Assembly: GCA_937885815.1 (NCBI GenBank)
Contig: CALABM010000065.1
Coordinates: 30,710 to 94,709, forward strand
DNA from: an uncultured Verrucomicrobiales bacterium
GTDB taxonomy: Bacteria; Verrucomicrobiota; Verrucomicrobiia; Verrucomicrobiales; Akkermansiaceae
Length of the DNA: 64,000 nucleotides
Direction: 5' to 3'
The notes beneath the pieces are model-generated. The model ran no database searches, had not been told where the DNA came from, and was given only the letters and a program-made list of their open reading frames with translations. The position numbers and the translations under genes were made by a program. How positions within the stretch are numbered: position 1 is the stretch's first letter; the number at the start of each line of letters is the position of its first letter. Below are positions 38,365-47,600 of the stretch, piece after piece.

Positions 38365-39606
38365 TTAGCCACGGTACTTGGCCTTAGCGTGCTGCCAGAT
38401 AGCATAGCCGGCGCAGATGACGTTCGGCAACCAGAGCACAATGTAGGGCGTGATGCCTCCGGACTTACGGGAAAGCTCGCAGAATACAAGTGCCACGAAG
38501 TACACGGCAGCTACGATAATGCCCAAAGCGAAACCGGTGGAGGTATCCTTACGGCGAGCCGTAATAGCCAAGGGCACACCGATAAGAGAGAACACCAAGC
38601 AGGCACATGCGAATGATGCACGCTGAACGCCCTCTGTGCGGAATGCACGTTCGTTCTTGGTGGACATCTCGGCGTGGTAGAACTCAGCATCACTTTTGGC
38701 TGCGTTCCACAGATTAGCTGCGCAGGGGAAGGCAGGGGCCGAGCTATGCTCCGCAGCCTTAGCGTATTCAGAAATAACAGCAGGTTTAACATCGCGCACA
38801 ACTTCCCAATGATCCAGCTCGGCTGCAATTTCAGCATTGGTGAAGCGATTCGGCTTCATCTTACGGCGCGTGCGGATGGGAATATGCACCTGCAAGGGCA
38901 TCTCCTCAATCATGGGCATGTTCACGGCATCATCCTGATTATGGACGATAGTCACGTTATAAAGCACAAGGCTAAGCATGCGCGTACGGATATCAAACTC
39001 ACCCACCTTAGCACTCCGGGCATGCAATGAAGAGAACCCGGACATGCCGGTGCGGCTTGCCCCCTCGTCATCCAAGGGATAGATAGCCACGCCTTTCAGA
39101 AGATCGCCATCGCGGCCATCAACGTACAGACGCACTCCATCCAGCTTGGTTTCGCCACCGCCGGCAACGAGCAGATTACGGGGATTATCCATAGCCGCCT
39201 TCATTACCAGCTCACTCATGGCATTCTTGCCCTTCGGTGCCACCTCTATATTAATATAATAACAGAGCAGGGATAGAGCAAGCCCCATTCCGATGGCCGG
39301 CATGCTCAGGCGCCAGAGGCTCAGGCCGGCCATTCGCATGGAGGTAAGCTCATTATCGGCAGCCAAGCGTCCATACACCAGAAGAACAGCCGTGAGGAAG
39401 CCCCAAGGTACGGAAAAGGTCAGCGAGAACGGAATCACCTGCACAATGAAATCAAACACGATGGAGGGAGGAGCCCCGCTTTCCACCAACAATGAATGAA
39501 GCTCCTTGAACAACTGCCCGAGCAGCATGAGAAGGGTGAGGGACATCACCCCCAGAAAGGTCACGGCTATGAGCTGCCGTAATATGTAGCGGTCTAAGGT
39601 TTTCAC
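38365..39606 (-). CDS. LptF/LptG (YjgP/YjgQ) family LPS export permease
   Basis: 413 aa. N-terminal LDRYILRQL, TM helices flanking a large soluble insert. GTG start. Confidence 0.8.
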   Translation of the reverse strand: MKTLDRYILRQLIAVTFLGVMSLTLLMLLGQLFKELHSLLVESGAPPSIVFDFIVQVIPFSLTFSVPWGFLTAVLLVYGRLAADNELTSMRMAGLSLWRLSMPAIGMGLALSLLCYYINIEVAPKGKNAMSELVMKAAMDNPRNLLVAGGGETKLDGVRLYVDGRDGDLLKGVAIYPLDDEGASRTGMSGFSSLHARSAKVGEFDIRTRMLSLVLYNVTIVHNQDDAVNMPMIEEMPLQVHIPIRTRRKMKPNRFTNAEIAAELDHWEVVRDVKPAVISEYAKAAEHSSAPAFPCAANLWNAAKSDAEFYHAEMSTKNERAFRTEGVQRASFACACLVFSLIGVPLAITARRKDTSTGFALGIIVAAVYFVALVFCELSRKSGGITPYIVLWLPNVICAGYAIWQHAKAKYRG

Positions 39607-39634
39607 GGTAATAAATGAGAGAGAGAGAACGTGT

Positions 39635-40243
39635 TTAGAGAGAGAGGAAGTTATTCAAAAACCGCAGCCCGAGAAGCTGACTTTTCTCAGGATGGAACTG
39701 CGTGGCCACGAGGCGCCCCCGCCTGATAGCAGCGGCAAAGGTGGAGCCATATGCGGTGGTTGCAGCCACAATGGAAGAATCCTCCGGCTCCGGATAATAA
39801 GAATGTACGTAATAGAAGTGAGGGGCTTCGCCCATGCCGGCCCACACAACATCAGAAGTATCTACAGGATGAACGGTATTCCATCCCATGTGGGGAATTT
39901 TCAGCCCGCTTTCGGGGAAACGACGCACAGCGCCACGGAAAATCCCAAGGCCGGGAGCACCGGGAGTCTCCTCGCTACTTTCGAAAAGAATTTGGTAACC
40001 GATGCAAATACCAAGGAAAGGCTTATCCTCCGCCACCCAGTCACGCACGGCTGCCGCCACCCCCTGAGAGTGAAGCGCGGCGGAGCAGTCACCGAACGCC
40101 CCCACGCCGGGCAGCACCAGATGGCTGAGCCCTTCAAGCTCAGCAGGAGTACGCACGAGGGTACCCTCCACGCCATTCGCACGGAATGAATTGCATACGC
40201 TCGAAAGGTTTCCTGCGCCGTAATCTATGATTCCAAGTTTCAT
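39635..40243 (-). CDS. hisH: imidazole glycerol phosphate synthase, glutaminase subunit
   Basis: 202 aa. Class-I GATase contexts GVGAFG and LGICIGYQ. Confidence 0.9.
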   Translation of the reverse strand: MKLGIIDYGAGNLSSVCNSFRANGVEGTLVRTPAELEGLSHLVLPGVGAFGDCSAALHSQGVAAAVRDWVAEDKPFLGICIGYQILFESSEETPGAPGLGIFRGAVRRFPESGLKIPHMGWNTVHPVDTSDVVWAGMGEAPHFYYVHSYYPEPEDSSIVAATTAYGSTFAAAIRRGRLVATQFHPEKSQLLGLRFLNNFLSL

Positions 40244-40267
40244 CTCAGTTATTTACAACTCATTATA

Positions 40268-40855
40268 TCACAGCGCACCTTTGGTGGAGGGTATCTGACC
40301 GGCTGTGCGGGAATCCGCCTCCACAGCCTGACGAAGTGCTCGGGCAAGGCTCTTGAAGATAGCCTCTGCAATGTGGTGGCCATCCATACCGTAGAAAACC
40401 TCCACGTGCAGGTTGCAACGCAGATTATTCACAAGCGCACGGAGGAACTCCACCGTAAGAGAAAGGGGCATATTCGGAGCATCCGGAGCCCCCTGAGGGG
40501 CACGAAACTCAAGGTACGGACGGTTGGAAAGGTCAATCACGCAGCGGCAGAGAGTCTCATCCATCGGCACATATGAGCAGCCATAGCGCTGAATACCTTT
40601 CTTATCGCCCAAGGTTTTCAGTATGGTTTCACCGATGACAATACCGGTATCCTCAATGGTGTGGTGAGCATCCACTTCCAAATCACCATGAGCCGTAAGC
40701 TCCATATCAATGAGACTGTGGCGGGACAACAGATGAAGCATGTGGTCAAAAAATGCGTGCCCCGTCCGGATGGAGCTCTTACCGATGCCATCCAGATTCA
40801 GGTTCAGAGCAATATCCGTTTCTCCCGTGGTACGTTTACAGCTGGCGGTTCTCAT
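40268..40855 (-). CDS. hisB: imidazoleglycerol-phosphate dehydratase
   Basis: 195 aa. IGPD contexts DAHHTIEDTGI and GMDGHHIAEA. Confidence 0.9.
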   Translation of the reverse strand: MRTASCKRTTGETDIALNLNLDGIGKSSIRTGHAFFDHMLHLLSRHSLIDMELTAHGDLEVDAHHTIEDTGIVIGETILKTLGDKKGIQRYGCSYVPMDETLCRCVIDLSNRPYLEFRAPQGAPDAPNMPLSLTVEFLRALVNNLRCNLHVEVFYGMDGHHIAEAIFKSLARALRQAVEADSRTAGQIPSTKGAL

Positions 40856-41027
40856 GCGCAGACATTATAGCACATCCCATCTCCGCTTGCCAACAGAAAA
40901 TGTGTTTTTTGAGGGCGAAAAACAGGAAAAAGAGCATAAACCCAGCACAGACCTCTATTTTTTTTCTTGTCAAGTGAAGTTATATATGGCAGATTGAAGG
41001 CAGAAAATAAATTTCCACCCAAAGCGT

Positions 41028-42209
41028 ATGAAATATCTCCACCTGATACTGACCATGCTGATGCCGCTCTGTGCAGCCTCTGAAGGGGAGGCGTGTACTG
41101 CCCGGTCCATGCCTGAAACCTCCGGCGTCATACTGGAAGAAGGGTATCTCCAGCAGCAGCAAGCTCGCCGCACACGCAGCACTAGGCGCAACGTAGGCAG
41201 AGCAGCCCAGCAGCGCAGACGCCAGCTCAGAGAGCAGGGCGTGCGTAATGTGCGCGCTCAGTCTCCCAGTGGCTGGCCCACAAAGGTTCCTGTGCCGGAC
41301 GAAACAACCCTGCAGGAATGCCCCAAACAAGGCCAGTTCTTCGTGTATGAGACGAATAACTACGTTTTCTATACGCCGGTACAGCTGGATCCGAACGCCT
41401 GTGAAACCGTAGGCCGACTCTTCGAATGCGCGTTTGCCGCTAATCAGGCAGTGGGTGAAGTGGTGCCTGTTCCCCGCACAGAGACAGACCGCGGCGAGCG
41501 CAAGTTCCGCGTGGATTTGTGGCCCACCATGGCCCAATACCATCAGAACGGCGGCCCTCAAAACTCTGCCGGGGTGTATGCCTTCGCGCTCCGCCGCGCG
41601 CCGGATCACCGCGGAGCGCTGACGGAACAACAAGTGGCCTCCGACCGCGTTATCGTGCCGTTCCCCTCGCTCGGGCTGGACGCGCAGGGGCGAGTCGTCC
41701 GCAATGATATCGAGACACACACCCTCGTTCATGAGCTGACTCACCAGAACTTCGTGCTGAATAACCTTCCCATCTGGATGAATGAGGGCTGGGCAGAATA
41801 CATTGGCTCAGTTCCTTATGTGGGTGAAGATTTGGATTTCCCCCGCTGCTATGCCGTGGTGCTGCCCCGCGCTACAGAGCGAGCCTCACAGGGTGCTCTT
41901 AATTTCCCCTTCACGCTGGAGCAGTTCCTGACCATGAGCCAAGAGGAGATGTATTCCTACATGTCCCAAGGAAAAGACACGTACACTCTGGCAACGATGA
42001 TTGTCACCTTCTTTGTGCACATGGACGGCAAACGCGGTGTAGAAGCCCTGAAAAAATACATGCAGGCTATTCTGGATGGCGAGAGTCACGCGGAAGCCGC
42101 ACAGCACTTGATATCTGCTCACCGCTCCGCGGAACAGCTTCAGAAGGACTTCATTAAGGCATGGAAGCGCAAGCGCGTGGAAGTAGGCTTTGCCGAAGTT
42201 GAAGACTGA
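41028..42209 (+). CDS. exported HExxH metallopeptidase-like protein (gluzincin-like)
   Basis: 393 aa with an N-terminal signal. HELTH (41730-41744) is followed 18 aa later by NEGWAEY, a candidate third ligand. Confidence 0.55.
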   Translation: MKYLHLILTMLMPLCAASEGEACTARSMPETSGVILEEGYLQQQQARRTRSTRRNVGRAAQQRRRQLREQGVRNVRAQSPSGWPTKVPVPDETTLQECPKQGQFFVYETNNYVFYTPVQLDPNACETVGRLFECAFAANQAVGEVVPVPRTETDRGERKFRVDLWPTMAQYHQNGGPQNSAGVYAFALRRAPDHRGALTEQQVASDRVIVPFPSLGLDAQGRVVRNDIETHTLVHELTHQNFVLNNLPIWMNEGWAEYIGSVPYVGEDLDFPRCYAVVLPRATERASQGALNFPFTLEQFLTMSQEEMYSYMSQGKDTYTLATMIVTFFVHMDGKRGVEALKKYMQAILDGESHAEAAQHLISAHRSAEQLQKDFIKAWKRKRVEVGFAEVED

Positions 42210-42218
42210 GAGAGTCTG

Positions 42219-42728
42219 CTACCTACGGCTGTGGCGAGTATAATGCAGCTCGCCCGTTTCAAAGCCACGGCGTTGAGCCTCATCTCGCATCTTATCAAAG
42301 GCGTCCGGTATGATTACCGGGCGCCTGCTCAGTATCCAGAGGCTAGAACCGCTGCCATTGCTCACAAGGGCATGGTTATATTCCTTATCCACACTCAGTA
42401 TGTTGTAAGGCGTGGATAAGAAGCGGAGCAGCGGTATAAAGGAAACCTTCAACTGGCCATCCGCTACGGGCGTACCGATGGCATGAGCCTCCCGGTGGCA
42501 GCCGTCCTCGTCCGTTCCGTAGTTTGTGATGAGTAGCTTCCCATCAGCCCGCACCTTGTACTCCGTGTACACATCCTCTAAACCGGTTTCAAAGGGGGCT
42601 CCAGACCTCGCCAGCTCATACCAGCGGCCTAGGTAACGGCTCAAATCAACCCCGCGTGCAGGGCGCGTATCTGCCTTACCCGATGAAGCTTGATGAAAAA
42701 AATAATGAATCAGCGCTTTAAAAATCAT
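42219..42728 (-). CDS. blc: bacterial lipocalin (Blc-like)
   Basis: YLGRWYELAR lipocalin signature. Start uncertain: ATG 42728 (MIFKAL...) lacks a convincing signal peptide, and the track start at 42866 is GTG. Confidence 0.7.
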   Translation of the reverse strand: MIFKALIHYFFHQASSGKADTRPARGVDLSRYLGRWYELARSGAPFETGLEDVYTEYKVRADGKLLITNYGTDEDGCHREAHAIGTPVADGQLKVSFIPLLRFLSTPYNILSVDKEYNHALVSNGSGSSLWILSRRPVIIPDAFDKMRDEAQRRGFETGELHYTRHSRR

Positions 42729-42827
42729 AGTCCATAGGGAGAGACTCAGGCACAAGCTGCGCTGTTCAGCATATATTAGACGCGGGGCGTCCGGATTTTC
42801 ACCAGACCCTGGTCGAACCTTCCCCGC
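42729..42827 (-). promoter_or_regulatory. structured 5' leader of blc (riboswitch-like, unclassified)
   Basis: Minus-strand RNA reads GCGGGGAAGG...UCUGG-UGAAAAU-CCGGA...CGCCCCGCGU. GCGGGG (42827-42822) pairs with CCCCGC. CCCCGCGU (42787-42780) can alternatively pair with ACGCGGGG (42657-42650). Confidence 0.35.
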
Positions 42828-42834
42828 AAACGTG

Positions 42835-42863
42835 ATTACATCACAAACCGCACCAAATGTCAA
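42835..42863 (-). promoter_or_regulatory. sigma-70 promoter TTGACA-17-TGTAAT for blc
   Basis: Consensus -35 and a 5/6 match at -10. The predicted TSS is at G 42827, the first base of the leader helix. Confidence 0.5.
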
Positions 42864-42895
42864 CACTAATCACAAAGGAAGCAAAGCCTCCCGCG

Positions 42896-42971
42896 AAATA
42901 AAAAATGGTGAGGGCATGCGGTTCTTTCTTCCGTACTCTAGGCTTGCTCGGTATAAGCTACCTCCCTCACG
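42896..42971 (-). ncRNA. candidate small RNA unit 2 (about 75 nt)
   Basis: Promoter TTGACT (43006-43001)-17-TTGAAT (42983-42978). Seven nt later comes stem GUGAGGG...CCCUCAC enclosing sub-hairpins, then CAUUUUUUAUUU. Confidence 0.3.
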
Positions 42972-43163
42972 CAGCAGATTCAATCATAGCTTAACACTGA
43001 AGTCAACCATGAAAATAAAAAATGCGCGGTGCATAAAATGGCCCTTCATTATTTCCAGAAAGTACCGCCCCCGCGCAAGAGTATAAGAACACAAGGGAGG
43101 AATAATGTCAAGCCTGAAAAAATATAAACAGAAATCAGGCTTAACAGCGCACTGATGCTCAGC

Positions 43164-43276
43164 AAAACACAAAAAGCTGCCCATGGTGCGGGAGCAGCCG
43201 CCGTTGCCTTCCAGCGGGGGCCATCAGGAATTTATCCTGACAGGTTGTCCCGAGGTCGTCGGCCGCACCCGCGGGC
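43164..43276 (-). ncRNA. candidate small RNA unit 1 (about 105 nt)
   Basis: About 98-nt imperfect hairpin with paired ends GGUGCGG/CCGCACC and apical stem UCAGGA-UAAAU-UCCUGA, followed by AGCUUUUUGUGUUUUG. A promoter-like TTGACT-17-TAGTCT lies just upstream. Confidence 0.3.
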
Positions 43277-43278
43277 TC

Positions 43279-43307
43279 AGACTAATACCAACATGAGGGA
43301 AAGTCAA
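43279..43307 (-). promoter_or_regulatory. promoter-like TTGACT-17-TAGTCT for sRNA unit 1
   Basis: The -35 is embedded in the same 11-mer (AAGTCAACCAT on the + strand) as the unit 2 promoter. Confidence 0.25.
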
Positions 43308-43317
43308 CCATAAAACG

Positions 43318-43479
43318 ATGAAGCCGGTAGAGAAGCCTGAGAAAAAGCATTTTCTGCGGCGGGTGGCTGAAATCCTGCGAGGGGAAGCTGTTATCCTAAA
43401 AAATCTGTGCCAGTATCATGAAAAAGTCGATATTGAGCTTGTCAAGAGAGGCGGAAAGGCGTACACTCTTGCGCCATGA
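43318..43479 (+). CDS. possible 53-aa ORF translationally coupled to tdh (not in track)
   Basis: Hand translation: MKPVEKPEKKHFLRRVAEILRGEAVILKNLCQYHEKVDIELVKRGGKAYTLAP*. Its TGA overlaps the tdh ATG (ATGA). GC3 is about 50% by hand count, which looks lower than the neighbouring genes by eye. Confidence 0.25.
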   Translation: MKPVEKPEKKHFLRRVAEILRGEAVILKNLCQYHEKVDIELVKRGGKAYTLAP

Positions 43480-44507
43480 AAGCTCTCGTGAAGACAAAGG
43501 CCGACAAAGGCCTCGAACTTATTGAGGTGCCGATGCCTGAGGTCGGCCCCAACGATGTACTCATTAAGATTTACAAAACAGCCATTTGCGGCACGGATCT
43601 CCACATCTGGAACTGGGATTCCTGGGCACAGCAGACCATCCCGGTTGGCATGCACGTGGGGCATGAGTTCTGTGGCGTTATCGAGCGAGTAGGTTCTGCT
43701 GTTACCGGTTTTGCTCCGGGTGAAGTGGTGAGCGGTGAAGGCCACATTGTCTGCGGTCACTGCCGTAATTGCCGCCGTGGTGCATTCCACCTCTGCCCGA
43801 ACACACAGGGCGTGGGCGTGAACCGCGCCGGTTGCTTCGCTGAGTATCTTTCCATTCCTCAGTCCAACGTCATCCGCATTCACAAGGACATGCCCATGGA
43901 GATTGCCTCCATTCTTGACCCGCTGGGCAATGCCACGCACACGGCCCTTTCTTGGGATTTGGTGGGTGAGGACGTGCTCATCACCGGCGCCGGTCTCATT
44001 GGTTCCATGGCTGCCGCTGTATGTAAGAAAGCCGGTGCACGCACCGTCACTATCACGGATGTGAGCGATTACAAGCTCGGCTTGGCTCGCACGCTGGGTG
44101 CAGACCGCACGGTCAACGTCATCGGCGGTGACAGCATTGCTGCTGCCCGTGAGGACCTCGGTATTGATGAGGGCTACGGCGTATGCCTTGAGATGAGCGG
44201 TGCTCCCGCCTGCCTGAAGGACATCATCACCCACTCCGCCTATGGTGCAAATATCTCCCTTCTGGGCATCCAGCCCGGCGGCTCCGGCATCGACTGGAAC
44301 ACCTTCGTATGGAAGGGGCTGAAGATGAAGGGTATCTATGGCCGTGAAATGTACGCCACATGGCAGAAGATGGACGCCATGCTGCGCAGCGGTCTGGATG
44401 TATCCCCCATCATCACTCACCGCATGCCCTACACGGACTTCGAAGAGGGCTTCAATGTGATGAACTCCGGCAAATCCGGCAAGGTCGTTCTCACTTGGGC
44501 TGAGTAA
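43476..44507 (+). CDS. tdh: L-threonine 3-dehydrogenase
   Basis: 343 aa. The N-terminus MKALVKTKADKGLELIEVPMPEVGPNDVLIKIYKTAICGTDLHIWNWD closely parallels enterobacterial Tdh. Zn-ADH fold. Confidence 0.9.
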   Translation: MKALVKTKADKGLELIEVPMPEVGPNDVLIKIYKTAICGTDLHIWNWDSWAQQTIPVGMHVGHEFCGVIERVGSAVTGFAPGEVVSGEGHIVCGHCRNCRRGAFHLCPNTQGVGVNRAGCFAEYLSIPQSNVIRIHKDMPMEIASILDPLGNATHTALSWDLVGEDVLITGAGLIGSMAAAVCKKAGARTVTITDVSDYKLGLARTLGADRTVNVIGGDSIAAAREDLGIDEGYGVCLEMSGAPACLKDIITHSAYGANISLLGIQPGGSGIDWNTFVWKGLKMKGIYGREMYATWQKMDAMLRSGLDVSPIITHRMPYTDFEEGFNVMNSGKSGKVVLTWAE

Positions 44508-44534
44508 ACACGCCCCAACATCTTTCATTATTCA

Positions 44535-44572
44535 AAGCCGCGGCCTACATAAGGCCGCGGCTTTCTCATTTT
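44535..44572 (+). terminator. rho-independent terminator of tdh
   Basis: Stem AAGCCGCGGCC/GGCCGCGGCTT with loop TACATAA, followed by a T-rich tail. Confidence 0.7.
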
Positions 44573-44584
44573 ACACAAGTCATG

Positions 44585-44622
44585 AAAAAGCCGCTGCCTC
44601 ATAAGAAACAGCGGCTTTTTTT
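44585..44622. terminator. bidirectional rho-independent terminator
   Basis: Stem AGCCGCTG/CAGCGGCT, with an A5 run upstream and a T7 run downstream. Lies downstream of the minus-strand PEP-CTERM gene. Confidence 0.7.
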
Positions 44623-44642
44623 CAGGATAAGCGACTAGTCGG

Positions 44643-47600
44643 TCATGCACGGCGGCGGCGCATGGCTAGAGCTGCCAGTGCTACTAAGCTGAGGGTCGCC
44701 GTGGTCGGCTCGGGAACAGTGAGCGAGCCATCATTCGTCACAGTACCCCGGAATACCAGAGTGTTCCCCTCGATGACGTAATCAGCATCACTCAACAGGG
44801 AGGTAATATCTTTACCGGCCAAATGCAAGGTGGCAGCAGAGAGGCCGTCTGCATCACCGGTGATGATAATCGCGGTGTTCGCAAGAAGATCAGAGAGAGC
44901 GGCTGCGTCCAGCGTCAGAGATTCGGAGGCAATGTTCTGAATCAGCGACAGAGAGAACGTGAGGCTTGCACCGTCCTCGGCCACCAGAGCGCCCAAGGCC
45001 GCGCCGCCAATCTCCAATACGAACTCGATATTCTCCCCCAAAGTCAGCGCGTTTCCGCCCATGTCAATGGTCGAATATGCAGCAGAAGCCCAGCCATAAG
45101 TGTCAACCGTGGCTGCAGCACCGGCATCCGCCAGAGAGAAGGTAACCACGCCTTCCGTCAGTTCTACATCATCCGTATAAACCTGCAGGCCGGGAGAATT
45201 ACCTACTACCAGTTCACCGCCGTTCATGTTCAAACCTGCAAAAGAACCGGAGCCGGATACTTTACCGTTCTCCAGAATCACTCTACTGATATGCCCGTGG
45301 TTATTCAGATGACCATTGTTCACACGAACTTCCTCGGTGAACTCCATGGTGCCCTCGTTTGTGACTACAGTATGGCTGCCGTTGATGTGCAATTTCTCGC
45401 CCGTCACTCTGGAGTTTTCATCAATAGTCAGCTCGACGTCTCCGCCGTCTTCATTGCCAACCAGTAGTTCACGAATCTCAGCCGTGCTCTCAGCAGGTTC
45501 TCCAGCGGAATCATCACCCACGCTAAAGGTGAGGCTACCCTCCTGAACAGACAGCGTACCACCCACCTTGTGACCTTTACCGCGAATAACCATTGAACCC
45601 TCGCCGGTCTTATCCATGCTGCCATCACCGGAAAGTTCATCAACTTCAACAGAATACCCATCACCTACGTCTACGATATTCTCAGCTTGGCTGCTACCGG
45701 CCAAATCAATCTTGATGCTGGTGATATCTTTCTCAATGAAAAGCTTGCGGATATCCTTCAAATCACCATTAAAGATGATATGGCCATCCAAATCACCGGC
45801 ACCGGTGATGTGAATACCGCCACGGTTGATGACAATATGCCCCACGCCATGGCCAAAGCCGGCGTCCACGGCATCCTGAATAGCGCCGACCACGGCCTCC
45901 AGCGTAATATCCCCACCGTTAACGACAAGATTGCCGAGGATTTCCTCCAAATCGCTGATATCATCATCATCCGTCACGCCGTGGTTCCAGTCATGTCCGC
46001 CGGTATAATACAGAGTGCCATCCTCCCATCGCAATTGATCAGATGTCACACCATTGAGGGTCCAGCCCGAGATATCACAACTATATCCCTCCGTGCGGGT
46101 GATAAGCTTATACTCGCCCTTTGTCAGATATTCGGTGCCGGTCAGGTCGAACATAATATTGTTCATGGACAGACCACCCGTGGTGGTCAGCACCGCGGCA
46201 CTATCTATCTGCGCCATATCCAGAGCCAACTGCAGGGTACCACCATCCTGAATCTTCAGAGTGGATGCGGTGATGGTATTTTCGCCCAGCGCACTCAAAG
46301 TACTACCGGAGCTGATGGTGACGCCATAGCCGCTTTGATTAAGCTCACCGTTTTTGAGCAGTAGGGTAGCATTCGCCCCATCAGCAACGGTGACGCCATG
46401 GCCTTGGTAGATAGCACCATCTTCAATGCGCAGACGACCGCCATACAAGTTTGTCATCATATTGACGATGCTTGTACGGCTATTAAGAATTTCCTGACTT
46501 GTTCCTTGGATTCCTCCTTTAACATCCTGAAGATGTGTTTCAACCATCGAACCGCTGAAAATGATATCACCGGTGGCCTTCTGTAAATCTCCATTTGAAT
46601 CGCGATAGGCATTGTTCAATGCAAACTCCGTTCCGGCATGGCAATATATGGAGTCATAGAACAAAACTTCGCCTCTATCAGCTGCCGAAATTTTTAATAC
46701 GCTCGTTTCATCGCCCAATGTATAAAGAGCTCGCATTCGGTAGACCCCGTCCTGATTCTCGTAATTTTTTTCAAATCGAACGGAATGATTGCCTAAAATT
46801 TCTAAATTTGACTTATTTTGAGACAAATAGATGGCAGCGCCAACGGCCTCGCCCCCCTCGGATTCCACATAATTACCGCGGAATACAACTTGGTCATTGT
46901 TATTTATGCTTAACGTTCCCGCCCAGATAGCACCGCCCCTAGAGCCAGAAGAGGCTTGTTGCTCTGCAGAAGAATGCGTGAAATTTGAGTCAAAACACAC
47001 CTGCTCATTATTAACGATATTCAAGCTGCCGTTATAAGGAGAATAAATAGCACCACCTACAGCCGCACCGACTTTGCTCGTTGCATAATTCTGCTGAAAT
47101 GTAATGTGCCCATTATTGCGCAGGGTAAACTCCCACCCCTTGTACACATCATTGGCATAGGTCTGATTTTCAGCAAAGAAAAATGCACCTCCATATGCCC
47201 CATTAACATCCGATGTACAACTATTCTTAATCACGTTTACTTCTTTTACCTCATCAAAAATAAAAGCGTGATATTCAACAGGTGGATGTCCATAAAGTAA
47301 TGTTCTAGTCGTACTGGTAATGCTACCTTCTGTATTTCCGCTGTTTGAATTAAACGATACGGAAGAAAGATTCTTGAACTTGATTAAACTCCCCACCTCT
47401 AAGCGAAATATAAGCCCGGTATTGTCAGAAAATGATAAATGAGTTTGATTGCCAACAGGTTCTTGGCCCGTAAACAACCAATAATAGGACAACGACACCC
47501 CGGCTATCAATTCTTGCCCGATGTTGTCAAAGGTGTAAACATCGTTACTTTCAACAAATTTGAAAGCTACCGAAAGTTCCATGTTTTCATCTGAAGGATG

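Noticed and set aside
43179-43276. Is the ~98-nt hairpin the SRP (4.5S) RNA?
   Set aside because: The size and the paired 5'/3' ends fit. However, the apex is a UAAAU loop rather than a GNAR tetraloop, and the conserved GGUCC-GGAA-GGAAGCAGCC helix-8 motif is absent in either orientation. Only loose GGAAGG and AGCAGCC fragments are present. It is kept as an unclassified sRNA candidate.
43416-44528. 370-aa minus-strand ORF and similar long antisense ORFs (881-1750, 26213-27256, 28645-29547, 37427-37981, 40980-41744, 53154-53984, 55179-56153, 57098-57931)
   Set aside because: Each lies fully opposite a gene with strong family motifs (tdh, queF/cysS, the dynamin-like gene, dnaG, rplY, the HExxH protein, pyrG, the SSS transporter, the C39-like protein). 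None shows a recognisable motif of its own. They are shadow frames.
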